From positions 1 to 61,988 of the forward strand of contig CALVPQ010000005.1 of assembly GCA_944351415.1 (NCBI GenBank): DNA of 61,988 nucleotides. Reading direction: 5' to 3'. The stretch comes from an uncultured Clostridia bacterium. GTDB taxonomy: Bacteria > Bacillota > Clostridia > Christensenellales > UBA1242. The notes beneath the pieces are model-generated. The model was not told the origin of the DNA and did not search any database. It worked only from the letters and a program-made list of their open reading frames with translations. The position numbers and the translations under genes were made by a program. Shown piece after piece: positions 21,189 to 30,952 of the stretch; within the stretch, counting starts at the first letter, position 1; each line of letters starts with the position of its first letter.

Positions 21189-21491
21189 TTAAGATAAGCT
21201 GTCGAAGAAGGCGATAGTTTTTGAGTCTGCTGTAAGAGTTACAACAGCCTTTTTGTAATCGCTAGTTTTACCAACTGTTCTTCCAGCCTTTGTGTTTTGT
21301 GTTTTTTTGTGACCTTTTACAATACTTGTGTTGACGCGTGCAACCTTAACATTGAAAAGTTTTTCAACTGCATTTTTGATTTCAACTTTTCCAGCATTTT
21401 TAGCAACGATGAAAGTGTATACTTTGTTTGCTATGCCAGAATAACTTTTCTCAGTGAGAAGTGGTTTTATAATGATTTTTTCGTTTTCCAT
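21189..21491 (-). CDS. rplW: 50S ribosomal protein L23
   Basis: IIKPLLTEKS...YTFIVAKNAGKVEIKNAVEKLFNVKV. Confidence 0.96.
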   Translation of the reverse strand: MENEKIIIKPLLTEKSYSGIANKVYTFIVAKNAGKVEIKNAVEKLFNVKVARVNTSIVKGHKKTQNTKAGRTVGKTSDYKKAVVTLTADSKTIAFFDSLS

Positions 21492-22117
21492 TATTCTGCG
21501 TAAGCCTCCTCTATTTGTTTGATAGCTGCTTCAGTTAAAACAACGTTCTTATTTGCAAGAATCTCATAAGCATTAAGGTTTGCAGCTTCTTCTATGCTAA
21601 GACTTGGAATGTTTGCAGTTGAGAGTTTAATATTTTTATCGTTCACATCGTTTACAACGAGAACTGAACCATTAAACTTGAAAGCATCAACAAATGCCTT
21701 AGCTTGTTTAGTTTTTGGCTCTGCAAAGCCGAAAGAATCAAGAACAACAACTTGACCATCTCTAAGCTTGCTAGAGAGAGCAGAAAGAAGTGCATATCTC
21801 TTCTTTTGCTTGTTTACTTTCTTTGAGAAATCTCTTGGCTTTGGAGCAAATACAATTCCGCCTCCTCTCCATTGTGGACCTTTTGATGAGCCTTGTCTTG
21901 CTCTACCTGTGCCCTTTTGGCGCCAAGGCTTCTTAGCGTGACCTCTTACTTCAGAACGAGTAAGAGTGCTTTTTGTTCCTTGTCTTTGATTTGCATTGTA
22001 TGCAACAACAACTTCGTGAACAAGTGGGATATTTTCTTCCACTGCAAAAAGGTTGTCAGGGAGATTGATTTGCTTAACTTCCTCCGCCTGCATATTATAA
22101 ACTTTAACTTTTGCCAT
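21491..22117 (-). CDS. rplD: 50S ribosomal protein L4
   Basis: RQGTKSTLTRSEVRGHAKKPWRQKGTGRARQGS. Confidence 0.97.
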   Translation of the reverse strand: MAKVKVYNMQAEEVKQINLPDNLFAVEENIPLVHEVVVAYNANQRQGTKSTLTRSEVRGHAKKPWRQKGTGRARQGSSKGPQWRGGGIVFAPKPRDFSKKVNKQKKRYALLSALSSKLRDGQVVVLDSFGFAEPKTKQAKAFVDAFKFNGSVLVVNDVNDKNIKLSTANIPSLSIEEAANLNAYEILANKNVVLTEAAIKQIEEAYAE

Positions 22118-22128
22118 AATCTTCTCCT

Positions 22129-22761
22129 TTACCTTTTAACTGCCTCTTTGATAGTTACAATTGAACCCTTAGGTCCAGGAATAGCACCCTTTACAAGAAT
22201 GATATTTCTTGATGGGTCAACCTTAACAATATCAAGATTTTGAATTGTAACTCTCTCAACACCGTAGTGTCCTGGCATATTTTTATTTTTGAACACTCTT
22301 GATGGAGTTGAGTTTGCACTCATAGAGCCGACTTCTCTATGAACAGGGCCTGTGCCGTGAGTCATCTTAAGACGGTGTTGATTCCATCTTTGGATAACAC
22401 CAGTGAAACCACGACCACGAGTTGTGCCTGTCACATCAACCTTATCACCTTCAGCAAAAATATCAGCTTTGATTTCTTGACCAAGTGAATAGTCTGATGT
22501 GTTTTCAAACTTAAATTCTTTTATAACTCTATAAGTGTCAACTCCGGCTTTTTTGAAAGCACCAGTTCTTGGCTTGTTGACTCTTTGAGCTTTTTGCTTG
22601 TCGAATGCAACGACGAGCGCTTCGTAACCGTCTTTTTCATTGTTCTTAACTTGAACAACTGGGCAAGGACCAGCCTCTACTACTGTCACTGGGACAACCA
22701 AACCTTCTGGAGTGAAGACTTGTGTCATTCCAAGTTTTTTGCCAATAATTGCTTTTTTCAT
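22129..22761 (-). CDS. rplC: 50S ribosomal protein L3
   Basis: IIGKKLGMTQVF, GTTRGRGFTGVIQRWN. Confidence 0.98.
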   Translation of the reverse strand: MKKAIIGKKLGMTQVFTPEGLVVPVTVVEAGPCPVVQVKNNEKDGYEALVVAFDKQKAQRVNKPRTGAFKKAGVDTYRVIKEFKFENTSDYSLGQEIKADIFAEGDKVDVTGTTRGRGFTGVIQRWNQHRLKMTHGTGPVHREVGSMSANSTPSRVFKNKNMPGHYGVERVTIQNLDIVKVDPSRNIILVKGAIPGPKGSIVTIKEAVKR

Positions 22762-22779
22762 ATTTTTGTCTTACTCCTT

Positions 22780-23088
22780 TTATAGTTTGATTTTGATATC
22801 TACACCTGCTGGAAGGTCAATCTTCATAAGAGCATCGACTGCCTTGGCATTTGGTGAGTAGATGTCAATAAGTCTTTTGTGAGTTCTTGACTCAAATTGT
22901 TCACGACTATCTTTGTATTTGTGTGGTGAACGGATAACTGTTACCACTTCTCTATCTGTTGGAAGTGGAATAGGTCCTGCAACCTTAGCACCGAACTTTT
23001 CGGCAGTATCGATAATTCTTTTGCAAGCATCATCGATTAAGGCATGTTCAAAGGACTTTAATTTAATTCTGATAACTTGTGTTGCCAT
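22780..23088 (-). CDS. rpsJ: 30S ribosomal protein S10
   Basis: [14 protein letters not shown]...GPIPLPT...[13 protein letters not shown]. Confidence 0.98.
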   Translation of the reverse strand: MATQVIRIKLKSFEHALIDDACKRIIDTAEKFGAKVAGPIPLPTDREVVTVIRSPHKYKDSREQFESRTHKRLIDIYSPNAKAVDALMKIDLPAGVDIKIKL

Positions 23089-23452
23089 TAAATATAAACC
23101 TCCTGTAATAGCAAATCTAACCTTATAATATAAATCACTTTAATTGACACATCTGCAAGCCTAAATAATCAAACATTAAAAAGGCAAACAATTCAAGGCT
23201 CGGCAAGCGGACAATAGCAGGAGTTTAGTAGACCTAAATGACTGCTGTTGAACGCTTGACAATAAACGAATAAATGTGAAGCCTTTTTAATGTTTGAATG
23301 ATACACGAACCCGCGTGTGTCACGCTGTTACTCATTAAAAAATGTGATTTAGTGGTTAGCCGCTCGCGGTCGCTGCCGCGAACTTGTCCGCGTAAATTCT
23401 CTTTGATTGCCGGTAATCAAAGTAACCTTACGCATCAACCCATATTTCACAG
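23089..23452 (-). promoter_or_regulatory. long structured 5' leader of the S10 operon (candidate cis-regulatory RNA)
   Basis: Lies between a consensus promoter and the rpsJ start. It contains a locally GC-rich multi-hairpin block (23300-23445; for example GCGTAA..CTTTGATT-GCCGGT-AATCAAAG..TTACGC and CGCGG-TCGCTG-CCGCG). It also contains a 129-nt bulged hairpin closed by a perfect 17-bp stem (23169-23185 / 23281-23297). Confidence 0.55.
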
Positions 23453-23459
23453 CAATAAT

Positions 23460-23488
23460 ATAATAACAAAATTTGAAATAAATGTCAA
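23460..23488 (-). promoter_or_regulatory. sigma-A type promoter for the S10 operon
   Basis: The minus strand reads TTGACA (23488-23483), a 17-nt spacer, then TATTAT (23465-23460). Confidence 0.7.
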
Positions 23489-23883
23489 CGATTTTTTAAA
23501 AGAAAAATATAAAAATTTTAGAAAGTTTTTCTGAGTCTTTTAAAAAAGTTTTATTTAAAACTTGACCTACTCTTTTTCAAAAAAAATTATATGTAACCTG
23601 CTTTATTTTGCTCATATCTATTTTTGCATTTTTTATATTGTAAAAAATATTTTTTTAGGGAACAAATAAAACACCATATTATAAGGATTAAATTATATTA
23701 TAGTTAATATATAAATATAACGTGTTTTAAAAGCTATTATAAATCTTAAAAGCACATAGGCAATTTATCTATAAAAACCAATACCTAAGTTAGTGGTAAA
23801 ATAAATTTCACCTTAATGTTTAAAAAGAAAATTGAAGCCACAAATACATATAGCTATTTGTTTTAAAGGCTATAAACTATAAT

Positions 23884-25581
23884 CTACTTTTTTTTGATGT
23901 TTTTTCTTAATATTAATATAACAGTTATGACAATTACAAATACAAAGAAAATAGAAGCTATAATAATATAAATTAAATTTTGATTATTTGATGGAGATGG
24001 CGAAACTTCTGTGGATAATGTGCTGGCATTGCAATACTCACAAATATTATCGCCATTATCATCTATATGAGAATGAAATGGAAGTTCATCTAAAGTTAAA
24101 ACACTTTCATGATTATAAACTTCTTGCCACATTTCAAGGCTTGAATATTCTTGAGACAACTCTGCCCCAGGTATGGTGTGAATTCCATGCCAATTTAAAA
24201 ACCATGCCCACATTGTGTTTGATTTTTTTGCCTCATCAATATCAAAAAGTGTGCCATTTTCTGTTAAAGCAGTTATTTTAGGAGAATTTGAATAGTTTAT
24301 TGTTTTTGCAAACTGCTGGGCATGTTCATCATAATCTTTTGCTGTGGTATATATATCTTCACCTATAATATCCACATACTCGTCACCTGGATACCAATCC
24401 TTACTTTGACCATTCCATACCCAAATAAGATTGTTTAGTTTATGATAAACCGTCATGCGTTCATACATCAGCTTCCAAAGTTCAATATATGCATCAGCTC
24501 CACCAGAGCCCCACCAAAACCAACCGCCACTAGCTTCATGAAGTGGTCTAAATAAAATAGGAATATCATTTTCAAGCAAAACTTTCAATCTTTCAGAAAG
24601 CATATCAATATCATTTAATAAAAGTAAATACCCTTCACTTGACTTGTCAGCCATTATTGCCGATAAATCTAAATCAACATATTGAGTTCTATAACCCTGC
24701 CAAGCATCTAGGTAATCTCCATTATCACTCTTTTTTAAAAATGGTTCTGGTGCAACCCAGTGCCAACAAAACGTTACTATTCCCCCAGCACCGGCAAACT
24801 CAACAGCACTAGAAATAGAAGTTCTCATATATACTTCCGCATATTCCCCATAATCATCAAAAAATGAAGAATAATAAATTAGGTCAAGCCCTAAAATGGC
24901 GGGAGCTCTTCCAGTTTGCTCAATAATCTTTTGAAAGTCAGGGTCTAACATTCCATGCTCGGTATGCTGACCAGACAAAATATAATTGCCATAACTTGAT
25001 TTTAAAAAGGAATAAAGTTCTTTTGCTTTATCTGTTGCATTATGATTTGAAAGTGGTTGAGTTATATTAAACATATCTTCATACTCAATTAGCCTGGTTG
25101 GACTTAATTTTAAATAGTCAATTCCTATCCAGCCATACAACGGTAGAATTTCAATAGTGTGAATACCTTTTTCAAAAAAATAATCTTCTGTGAACATAAC
25201 TTCTGTAAATATATCTGGAACTGAAACTAAATACTCTTGGATAAGTTCTCCGTCGATTTCAATATAGTTTAACTTTTCAGCTTCGCTTCCACGACTATTT
25301 ACTAAAATATTATAAAATCCTGTTCTTTCTATTTCTATGGTAAATGCAACATGAGTATTTTCGGCATGGCTGGAATCTGTTATTTGCAAATATTGCCCAT
25401 TAGAGCAATTTTCGTCATCAAAAACTACCCCCACAAAATCACTATATTCTGCTTCGTAAATTATATCTTCCGATTGACTATCAGCTTTTGAAGCTGGATA
25501 GCATAATGCAATATTTAAAAATAACATTATAGAAAGGAAGATAAAAATAGTATGCTTTATTTTAATTACAGACCTTTTCAT
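23884..25581 (-). CDS. GH26 family beta-mannanase with N-terminal carbohydrate-binding module and C-terminal TM anchor
   Basis: The GH26 catalytic signature FRPLHEASGGWFWWG and WHWVAPEP are present. There is a signal peptide, a CBM6/35-like segment (YEAEYSDF...NGQYLQ), and a C-terminal hydrophobic helix followed by KKK. Confidence 0.85.
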   Translation of the reverse strand: MKRSVIKIKHTIFIFLSIMLFLNIALCYPASKADSQSEDIIYEAEYSDFVGVVFDDENCSNGQYLQITDSSHAENTHVAFTIEIERTGFYNILVNSRGSEAEKLNYIEIDGELIQEYLVSVPDIFTEVMFTEDYFFEKGIHTIEILPLYGWIGIDYLKLSPTRLIEYEDMFNITQPLSNHNATDKAKELYSFLKSSYGNYILSGQHTEHGMLDPDFQKIIEQTGRAPAILGLDLIYYSSFFDDYGEYAEVYMRTSISSAVEFAGAGGIVTFCWHWVAPEPFLKKSDNGDYLDAWQGYRTQYVDLDLSAIMADKSSEGYLLLLNDIDMLSERLKVLLENDIPILFRPLHEASGGWFWWGSGGADAYIELWKLMYERMTVYHKLNNLIWVWNGQSKDWYPGDEYVDIIGEDIYTTAKDYDEHAQQFAKTINYSNSPKITALTENGTLFDIDEAKKSNTMWAWFLNWHGIHTIPGAELSQEYSSLEMWQEVYNHESVLTLDELPFHSHIDDNGDNICEYCNASTLSTEVSPSPSNNQNLIYIIIASIFFVFVIVITVILILRKNIKKK

Positions 25582-25800
25582 ATTTGTAGTATAACATAAT
25601 TTTTAAATTTGTGAATACTTTTGATATTTTTTATTATAAATATTTATTTTTATAGAAAAATATTTTAAGAAAAATATTTTTTAATTAAATAAAATATAAA
25701 AAAAGAAAAATAAATTTGTAAAAATAATTAAAATTAATTTTTAAATAAAAATTACTATTTTATTTACTAAAATAATAAAAATTTATTAAAAATTTCTTGT

Positions 25801-26379
25801 TTACTGTTTTCTTGGCCTAACACAGAAAATTATAACTTCGGCAACAAAACGAATATCATCTTTGCAATCATTTTTAACCCATTCTGCCACTATGGCTGTT
25901 ATGCCAGCAAGAAAATATTTTGACATATAGCGAATAATGCCATCATCTGACACACCATTTTTCCTACAAATTGGTGTGAAAACATTTTTTATAAGCTTTT
26001 CATCAAAATCATTTATTGGAAAAAGGTGAACATTTGAGTTATATGCCTTGAACATCAATTTATTTTTCTTTATAAATTTAAGGTAGGGAAATAAATATTT
26101 CTGTGAAACAAAAAAATCTCCATCAGTTTGAATTATATTTGGATTTTCGCCAAGCGAGCCAAGTTCAAGATAAAAATCACTGATAGAGTTATCAACTGCT
26201 TCTTTTAATAAGTCAAATGTGTTTTGATAGTGGCTGTAAAATGTGGAACGATTGACACCTGCACCTTTGCAAATTTCGGCAACTGAGATTTCTGAAAAAT
26301 CCTTTTTATTCAGTAGTTGAAATAGTGCTTTTTGCATTAAAAGTGCGGTATTTCTAAACTTTGTTTTACCATTATTCAT
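25801..26379 (-). CDS. TetR/AcrR family transcriptional regulator
   Basis: N-terminal HTH FSEISVAEICKGAGVNRSTFYSHYQNTFDLL. Confidence 0.88.
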   Translation of the reverse strand: MNNGKTKFRNTALLMQKALFQLLNKKDFSEISVAEICKGAGVNRSTFYSHYQNTFDLLKEAVDNSISDFYLELGSLGENPNIIQTDGDFFVSQKYLFPYLKFIKKNKLMFKAYNSNVHLFPINDFDEKLIKNVFTPICRKNGVSDDGIIRYMSKYFLAGITAIVAEWVKNDCKDDIRFVAEVIIFCVRPRKQ

Positions 26380-26455
26380 GAATAACTCCTAAAGAAAACT
26401 AATAAAACAACAAAATTTTATGTTTAATATTCTTTCTTTCAATTATACTATAATC

Positions 26456-26486
26456 ATAATGTAAAAAGCAACTAATGTTGTTTTAA
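26456..26486. promoter_or_regulatory. candidate TetR operator (copy A), palindromic core AAAGCAAC-TAAT-GTTGTTTT
   Basis: The 31-nt ATAATGTAAAAAGCAACTAATGTTGTTTTAA overlaps a minus-strand TTGCTT-18-TATAAT promoter about 60 nt upstream of the TetR start. It is 28/31 identical to 38200-38230. Confidence 0.6.
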
Positions 26487-26600
26487 TAAATTTAAGCAAA
26501 ATATAAAATTTATTATTTGATGTTCCCGCTGATTTGAATAAACTTAAATTATACTTTTGTGACACTACTAGTTTGCAAAAATTCCAAAAAAACTATAAAC

Positions 26601-27803
26601 TTATACCTTTCGTTTAGGTGAAAATAATTTTATTAAAGGGTTATATTTATCTTCTATAATATCTTCTATAACCTTAACCCCTGCCATAGCATTTATTATA
26701 CCATTTGCTCCACAACTTATAAATAGTAATATATTGTTATCAATTTCGCTTTCACCTATAAGTGCTAGATTATTTAAAGTTGTGCCAAAACACCCGCAAA
26801 ACTTATAGTCAACTTTAACTTTGTTTCTTATCTCTGGGAAAAGTTTAAACAAATCTTTTTCTAATTTATCATACTTTTTGTTGCTTTTTCTTTCATTTAT
26901 TGGTTTTTCTTTAAAAGAGCTGTCTTCTCCGCCAAATATTATCCGCCCATCTGGGAGAGACCGCAGATAATGATACGGTGAAACAACATCATGGATAAGT
27001 GCTTTATCTTTCCAAGAAAAATTTTTTATAGGTGATGTTACTATTGAATAAGTTATAAATCTTTCGCATAGCTTACTTTTGCCAAGCACTTCCCAGTTGA
27101 ACCCTGTTGCAATAAGAAGTTTTTTGCAAAAGATTTTTTCTCCAAAGTTTGTGATGGCAATATAGCCATCTTTTGTTTTTTCAAGTTTAGTTATTGCGGT
27201 ATTTTCATATATTCTATCTTGGTTGCTTGAATTTTCAATCATCATTTTTGTGAAAAGATATGGGTTAAATTCGCACCCGCCATTTTCAGCAAATATTCCG
27301 CATTTTATAGGAAATGGAAAAGGATTATTTTTATCATCATAGAGTTTGCATTCAAAACCATGTTTTGCTCTAAAGGCATATTCATCTTTTATCTTTCTTA
27401 CTGAAAAAAGAGAGTTTGTATATAAAAAAGTTGGTCGGCATGCAAAATTACAATTATTGCCATAAATATTTATAAAATCTTCAATTTTTTTGATTGCACC
27501 CTGCCCCATGTTATAAGCTAAAACAATTTCTTCTTCAATCATATATTTTTGAAGGTCTTTTGCAAAGTCATCAAGTTGATATTCAAGCAAAGCTGTTGCA
27601 CAAGATGTGCATGCCATACCAAATCTCCCCTTGTCTACAAGCACAACTTTATATTTTTTTGATAAGAAAAAATTGGCAATCGCACCATCAATACCGCCAC
27701 CTATTATCAATAAATCACAATTTATATCGTTTTCTAAATATCTATATTGTTTTATCTTTGCAACCTTATAACAAAAATATGGTTTGCCTTTAACATATTC
27801 CAT
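26601..27803 (-). CDS. FAD-dependent oxidoreductase (DAO/GlpA-like)
   Basis: Rossmann dinucleotide motif DLLIIGGGIDGAIANFFLSKKYKVVLVDKG, 400 aa. Confidence 0.8.
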   Translation of the reverse strand: MEYVKGKPYFCYKVAKIKQYRYLENDINCDLLIIGGGIDGAIANFFLSKKYKVVLVDKGRFGMACTSCATALLEYQLDDFAKDLQKYMIEEEIVLAYNMGQGAIKKIEDFINIYGNNCNFACRPTFLYTNSLFSVRKIKDEYAFRAKHGFECKLYDDKNNPFPFPIKCGIFAENGGCEFNPYLFTKMMIENSSNQDRIYENTAITKLEKTKDGYIAITNFGEKIFCKKLLIATGFNWEVLGKSKLCERFITYSIVTSPIKNFSWKDKALIHDVVSPYHYLRSLPDGRIIFGGEDSSFKEKPINERKSNKKYDKLEKDLFKLFPEIRNKVKVDYKFCGCFGTTLNNLALIGESEIDNNILLFISCGANGIINAMAGVKVIEDIIEDKYNPLIKLFSPKRKV

Positions 27804-27990
27804 AAATATATTATTAGCAAAAAAATATATAATATTATCGGAAGCCCAAACTTGCTTGTAAGGGCGAGAATGATGGTAACTTAAATATAAAAGATAATTT
27901 TTAAAAAACTAAAATTGATTACAAAATAATAAAAAGAGTGATTTTTTCACTCTTTTATTATGTTAAATTTGTTACTTTATATTATCAAAC

Positions 27991-28563
27991 CTAGATGGCA
28001 GGAGTGCCAGCAATTTGATTGTTTGAAAAGTTAACTGTTTTTTCAGCCTCTAATTTATATCTTCCAGTTTCAGCATAATTTTCAAGTTCATCATCTTCTA
28101 CATTTGGCATAATAATTGTATATTCACGAACACCTTTTTCACCAACGACTACTAAAACAAAACTTCTAGCAATTCCATAATCGCCATCATCTATTTTTTC
28201 ATTTTCAGTGTAAATATATGTGGCATTTGTGCAATCAAAATCTGGTTCTTCATATAATACAAATGCTTCGATGAAGTTATCTTTATCACCTTGTGTAGTT
28301 ACATCATAAGAATAACTGTATTCTATTTCTACGTTGGTTGTATTTAAAGAAATGCCTTCCATAGTTGTTTTATCAAGCAAATCATTTATTGCTATTTGCT
28401 CAGGAAGTGTTATATCATAAACAATATACATCTCAGTGTTTGTTTCGGCGGTTTTAACAAAAGTAGATAATTTTAAACTAGAAACATAACCATTTTCTGC
28501 AGTGCCTAAATCCCAGGTATAGGATTTGATTTCACTATATGTGCTCAAATAATTTGTTTCCAT
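27991..28563 (-). CDS. C-terminal repeat module of the upstream lipoprotein frame (separate ORF only because of one in-frame TAA)
   Basis: Same reading frame as 28696..30165, with no other stop in the 132-nt gap. IKSYTWDLGTAENG... parallels IKSVRWDIGSSTNT... in the upstream ORF. Confidence 0.6.
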   Translation of the reverse strand: METNYLSTYSEIKSYTWDLGTAENGYVSSLKLSTFVKTAETNTEMYIVYDITLPEQIAINDLLDKTTMEGISLNTTNVEIEYSYSYDVTTQGDKDNFIEAFVLYEEPDFDCTNATYIYTENEKIDDGDYGIARSFVLVVVGEKGVREYTIIMPNVEDDELENYAETGRYKLEAEKTVNFSNNQIAGTPAI

Positions 28564-28695
28564 AAAAGTATAAACTGTTTGAAGATTTGTTTTGATTTGG
28601 TCTGAAAAATAGTAAAGGGCTGTGTTAATATCGTCAACAGTATAGGTGTCTTTTACATATTCTTTTTCGGTGTAAATATTTTCATTTTCAACATA

Positions 28696-30165
28696 TTAAA
28701 TTTCGTTAACTTCTGCACTACTTAGGTTTGCAATCGTTTCTTCATCTGTTGCACCTAATACTACCTCAACTGAATATTCGACATATACATTCTCTCTGCA
28801 TATTGCAACTATATAAATTGTTTTGTTTAATGCACCAACCACATCTTCGTTAAATTCTATCATAACTTGACTATTTCCCGGAACACTTACTTTGTCTTCC
28901 AATGCTTCAGTTAAACTCTGCCTATAAAATTGTTCTCTTGCATTATATTCAAACTCTATTTCTTCATCTGCATTTATTGTTGCATTTTCTATTGCAGTTG
29001 ATGCAGATAAATAATCATTTGCAATATCATTCAAGTTTATTGGTTCTGCATATTCAAATATAACTCTATGATATGTTTCTTTGCCAATAACAGTGGCATC
29101 TTTAATTGTAAATTCAAATGAAACACTTGGAATTGTTGTGTTAGTGCTGCTCCCAATATCCCAACGAACAGATTTGATGTTATCTTCATCATACTGACCA
29201 ATCACTTTGGTTATGGCAGTGTTTGTTTGTGCCTTTAAGAAATTTTGCACTGTTTCAATGTGGTCTTGAAGAAGCTCTTCAACATTTTTGATAGGGTCAA
29301 CAAATGGTGGGATATAAATATCTTCTTTTTCAAAAGCTTTTTTAATAATATATGTTCCGACTTCAGTTATATCAGTTGTTCCAACAACTCTATAATTGCT
29401 CGGGTCTGCAACACTTGCAATAAGCTCTTCTTGAGAATCTTGATTTTTTATTACTACATCATAGGATTTTATATAATTTTCTGTTTGAACAATAAGTTCA
29501 AATCTTCTACTTGCATACATAAACATTCCGCCATCAAAAGGATAATCTATGTCTCCAGTAAATTTTGTTATAAGGCGGATTGTATTTTCACTAGAACCTA
29601 AAGTATTTTTAATAAATGCTTCTGAAAGTTCATCAAATCTTGCATCATTAAAAGCATCATAGGTTGTTGAATATTCTGTTGTTATTGTTGCATTATCCGC
29701 ATATTCAGCAAGCGCTGTTGAGTTTTCATCATATTCAGCAATCATATTTAAACTTATACCCGTTTCAAAAGTCATTTTATTAATTGCATACAAACGGCTA
29801 TATTCATCATCTGCGGTTTTGTATGTGAAAATAACTTTAACAGAGTCTAGTGTTGTTTGAGTTCCATCACCCAAATCATAAGTAGTGTCTAAAAGATTGC
29901 TCTCATCATAGCTAGTGGTTGTGAACTTGATTGCATCTTCAAAAACTTCGTTATCTAAAAATTTAGTCGTGGAAGTTGCATAGTCAGAAACAAGTGCAGA
30001 AACATTCTCAACATTTATTGGTTTTTCTCCACATGCAGAAAGTGTTAGCCCTGCGCCTAGCATAAAGCCAAATGCCATTATGCTTGCAAAAATTTTATTT
30101 TTAGATTGCCCTTTTACCTTTTTATTTTCAACATCTTTTACAAATATATTTGCTTTCTTTGACAT
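28696..30165 (-). CDS. surface lipoprotein with internal repeat modules
   Basis: Signal peptide with lipobox LTLSAC-GEK. The mature part is acidic and T/N/Y-rich. The frame ends at the TAA at 28696-28698. Confidence 0.75.
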   Translation of the reverse strand: MSKKANIFVKDVENKKVKGQSKNKIFASIMAFGFMLGAGLTLSACGEKPINVENVSALVSDYATSTTKFLDNEVFEDAIKFTTTSYDESNLLDTTYDLGDGTQTTLDSVKVIFTYKTADDEYSRLYAINKMTFETGISLNMIAEYDENSTALAEYADNATITTEYSTTYDAFNDARFDELSEAFIKNTLGSSENTIRLITKFTGDIDYPFDGGMFMYASRRFELIVQTENYIKSYDVVIKNQDSQEELIASVADPSNYRVVGTTDITEVGTYIIKKAFEKEDIYIPPFVDPIKNVEELLQDHIETVQNFLKAQTNTAITKVIGQYDEDNIKSVRWDIGSSTNTTIPSVSFEFTIKDATVIGKETYHRVIFEYAEPINLNDIANDYLSASTAIENATINADEEIEFEYNAREQFYRQSLTEALEDKVSVPGNSQVMIEFNEDVVGALNKTIYIVAICRENVYVEYSVEVVLGATDEETIANLSSAEVNEI

Positions 30166-30424
30166 AAGAAAAACTCCTTTTTAATAAGTTCATTTTAGCA
30201 TAAATAAAAAATAAAAACAATATTTTTTTTAATTTATAAACATATAAATCTTATAGTGATTTTAAAAATGGTTTGATAAATTGCTTACATAATCAAAAAG
30301 TTCAATTTTAAAAATATATTTATATAAACATTTTATTTAATACTTTGAAGATTTTTGTTATTATTGTATAATACTTTTGATATTATTGAAAATTGGCATA
30401 ACAAAATAAACAAAGGAGAAAGCC

Positions 30425-30904
30425 ATGATTTCGTTCAAAGAAGAAGGAAAAAAATTTAATTACCGCGTGGGAGCTATTATTTTAAACCATGACAGAACAA
30501 AAATATTATTACATACTATAAAGGGCTATGGTTTTTATTTGCTCCCTGGTGGCAGAGTGGAATGGCTGGAGAATTGTGAACAAGCTATCAAACGTGAGTT
30601 AGAAGAAGAACTGGGACTTATAAACACAAAGCCTAGAGCAAGAATATTTATGGAAGATTTTTTTATTTTTAATAATATTGAGTTTCAAGAAATTTCAACA
30701 AATTTTGTTGTTGAACTAGAAAAAGAGCATAAATTATTTAAACAAAAAGAAGAATTTTGTGGCAAAGAAGGTGAAAAATATTTATATAAATGGTTCGACA
30801 TTAAGGATATAGACAATATTGTAATAAAGCCAGAAATATTGAAAAATATTATTAAAAATTATAATAAAGCCTTCGAATATATTGTTTTAGATGAAAGACA
30901 ATAG
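30425..30904 (+). CDS. NUDIX hydrolase
   Basis: Nudix box GGRVEWLENCEQAIKRELEEELGL. Confidence 0.85.
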   Translation: MISFKEEGKKFNYRVGAIILNHDRTKILLHTIKGYGFYLLPGGRVEWLENCEQAIKRELEEELGLINTKPRARIFMEDFFIFNNIEFQEISTNFVVELEKEHKLFKQKEEFCGKEGEKYLYKWFDIKDIDNIVIKPEILKNIIKNYNKAFEYIVLDERQ

Positions 30905-30952
30905 CTATTATAAGTGTTTTACCCTTACATAAATTTAGTTTGATAATAAAAA

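Noticed and set aside
23298-23534. 78-aa plus-strand ORF in the rpsJ upstream spacer.
   Set aside because: It has no RBS and an Arg/Ser/Cys-rich odd composition. It coincides with the GC-rich hairpin block and runs antisense to the leader defined by a consensus promoter.
28696-28698. In-frame TAA as evidence of stop-codon reassignment.
   Set aside because: TAA terminates many of the conserved genes checked by eye in this window (for example rpmJ, the tyrS leader ORF and the L24 region). A genome-wide reassignment is therefore not tenable, and a nonsense mutation or sequencing error is more likely.
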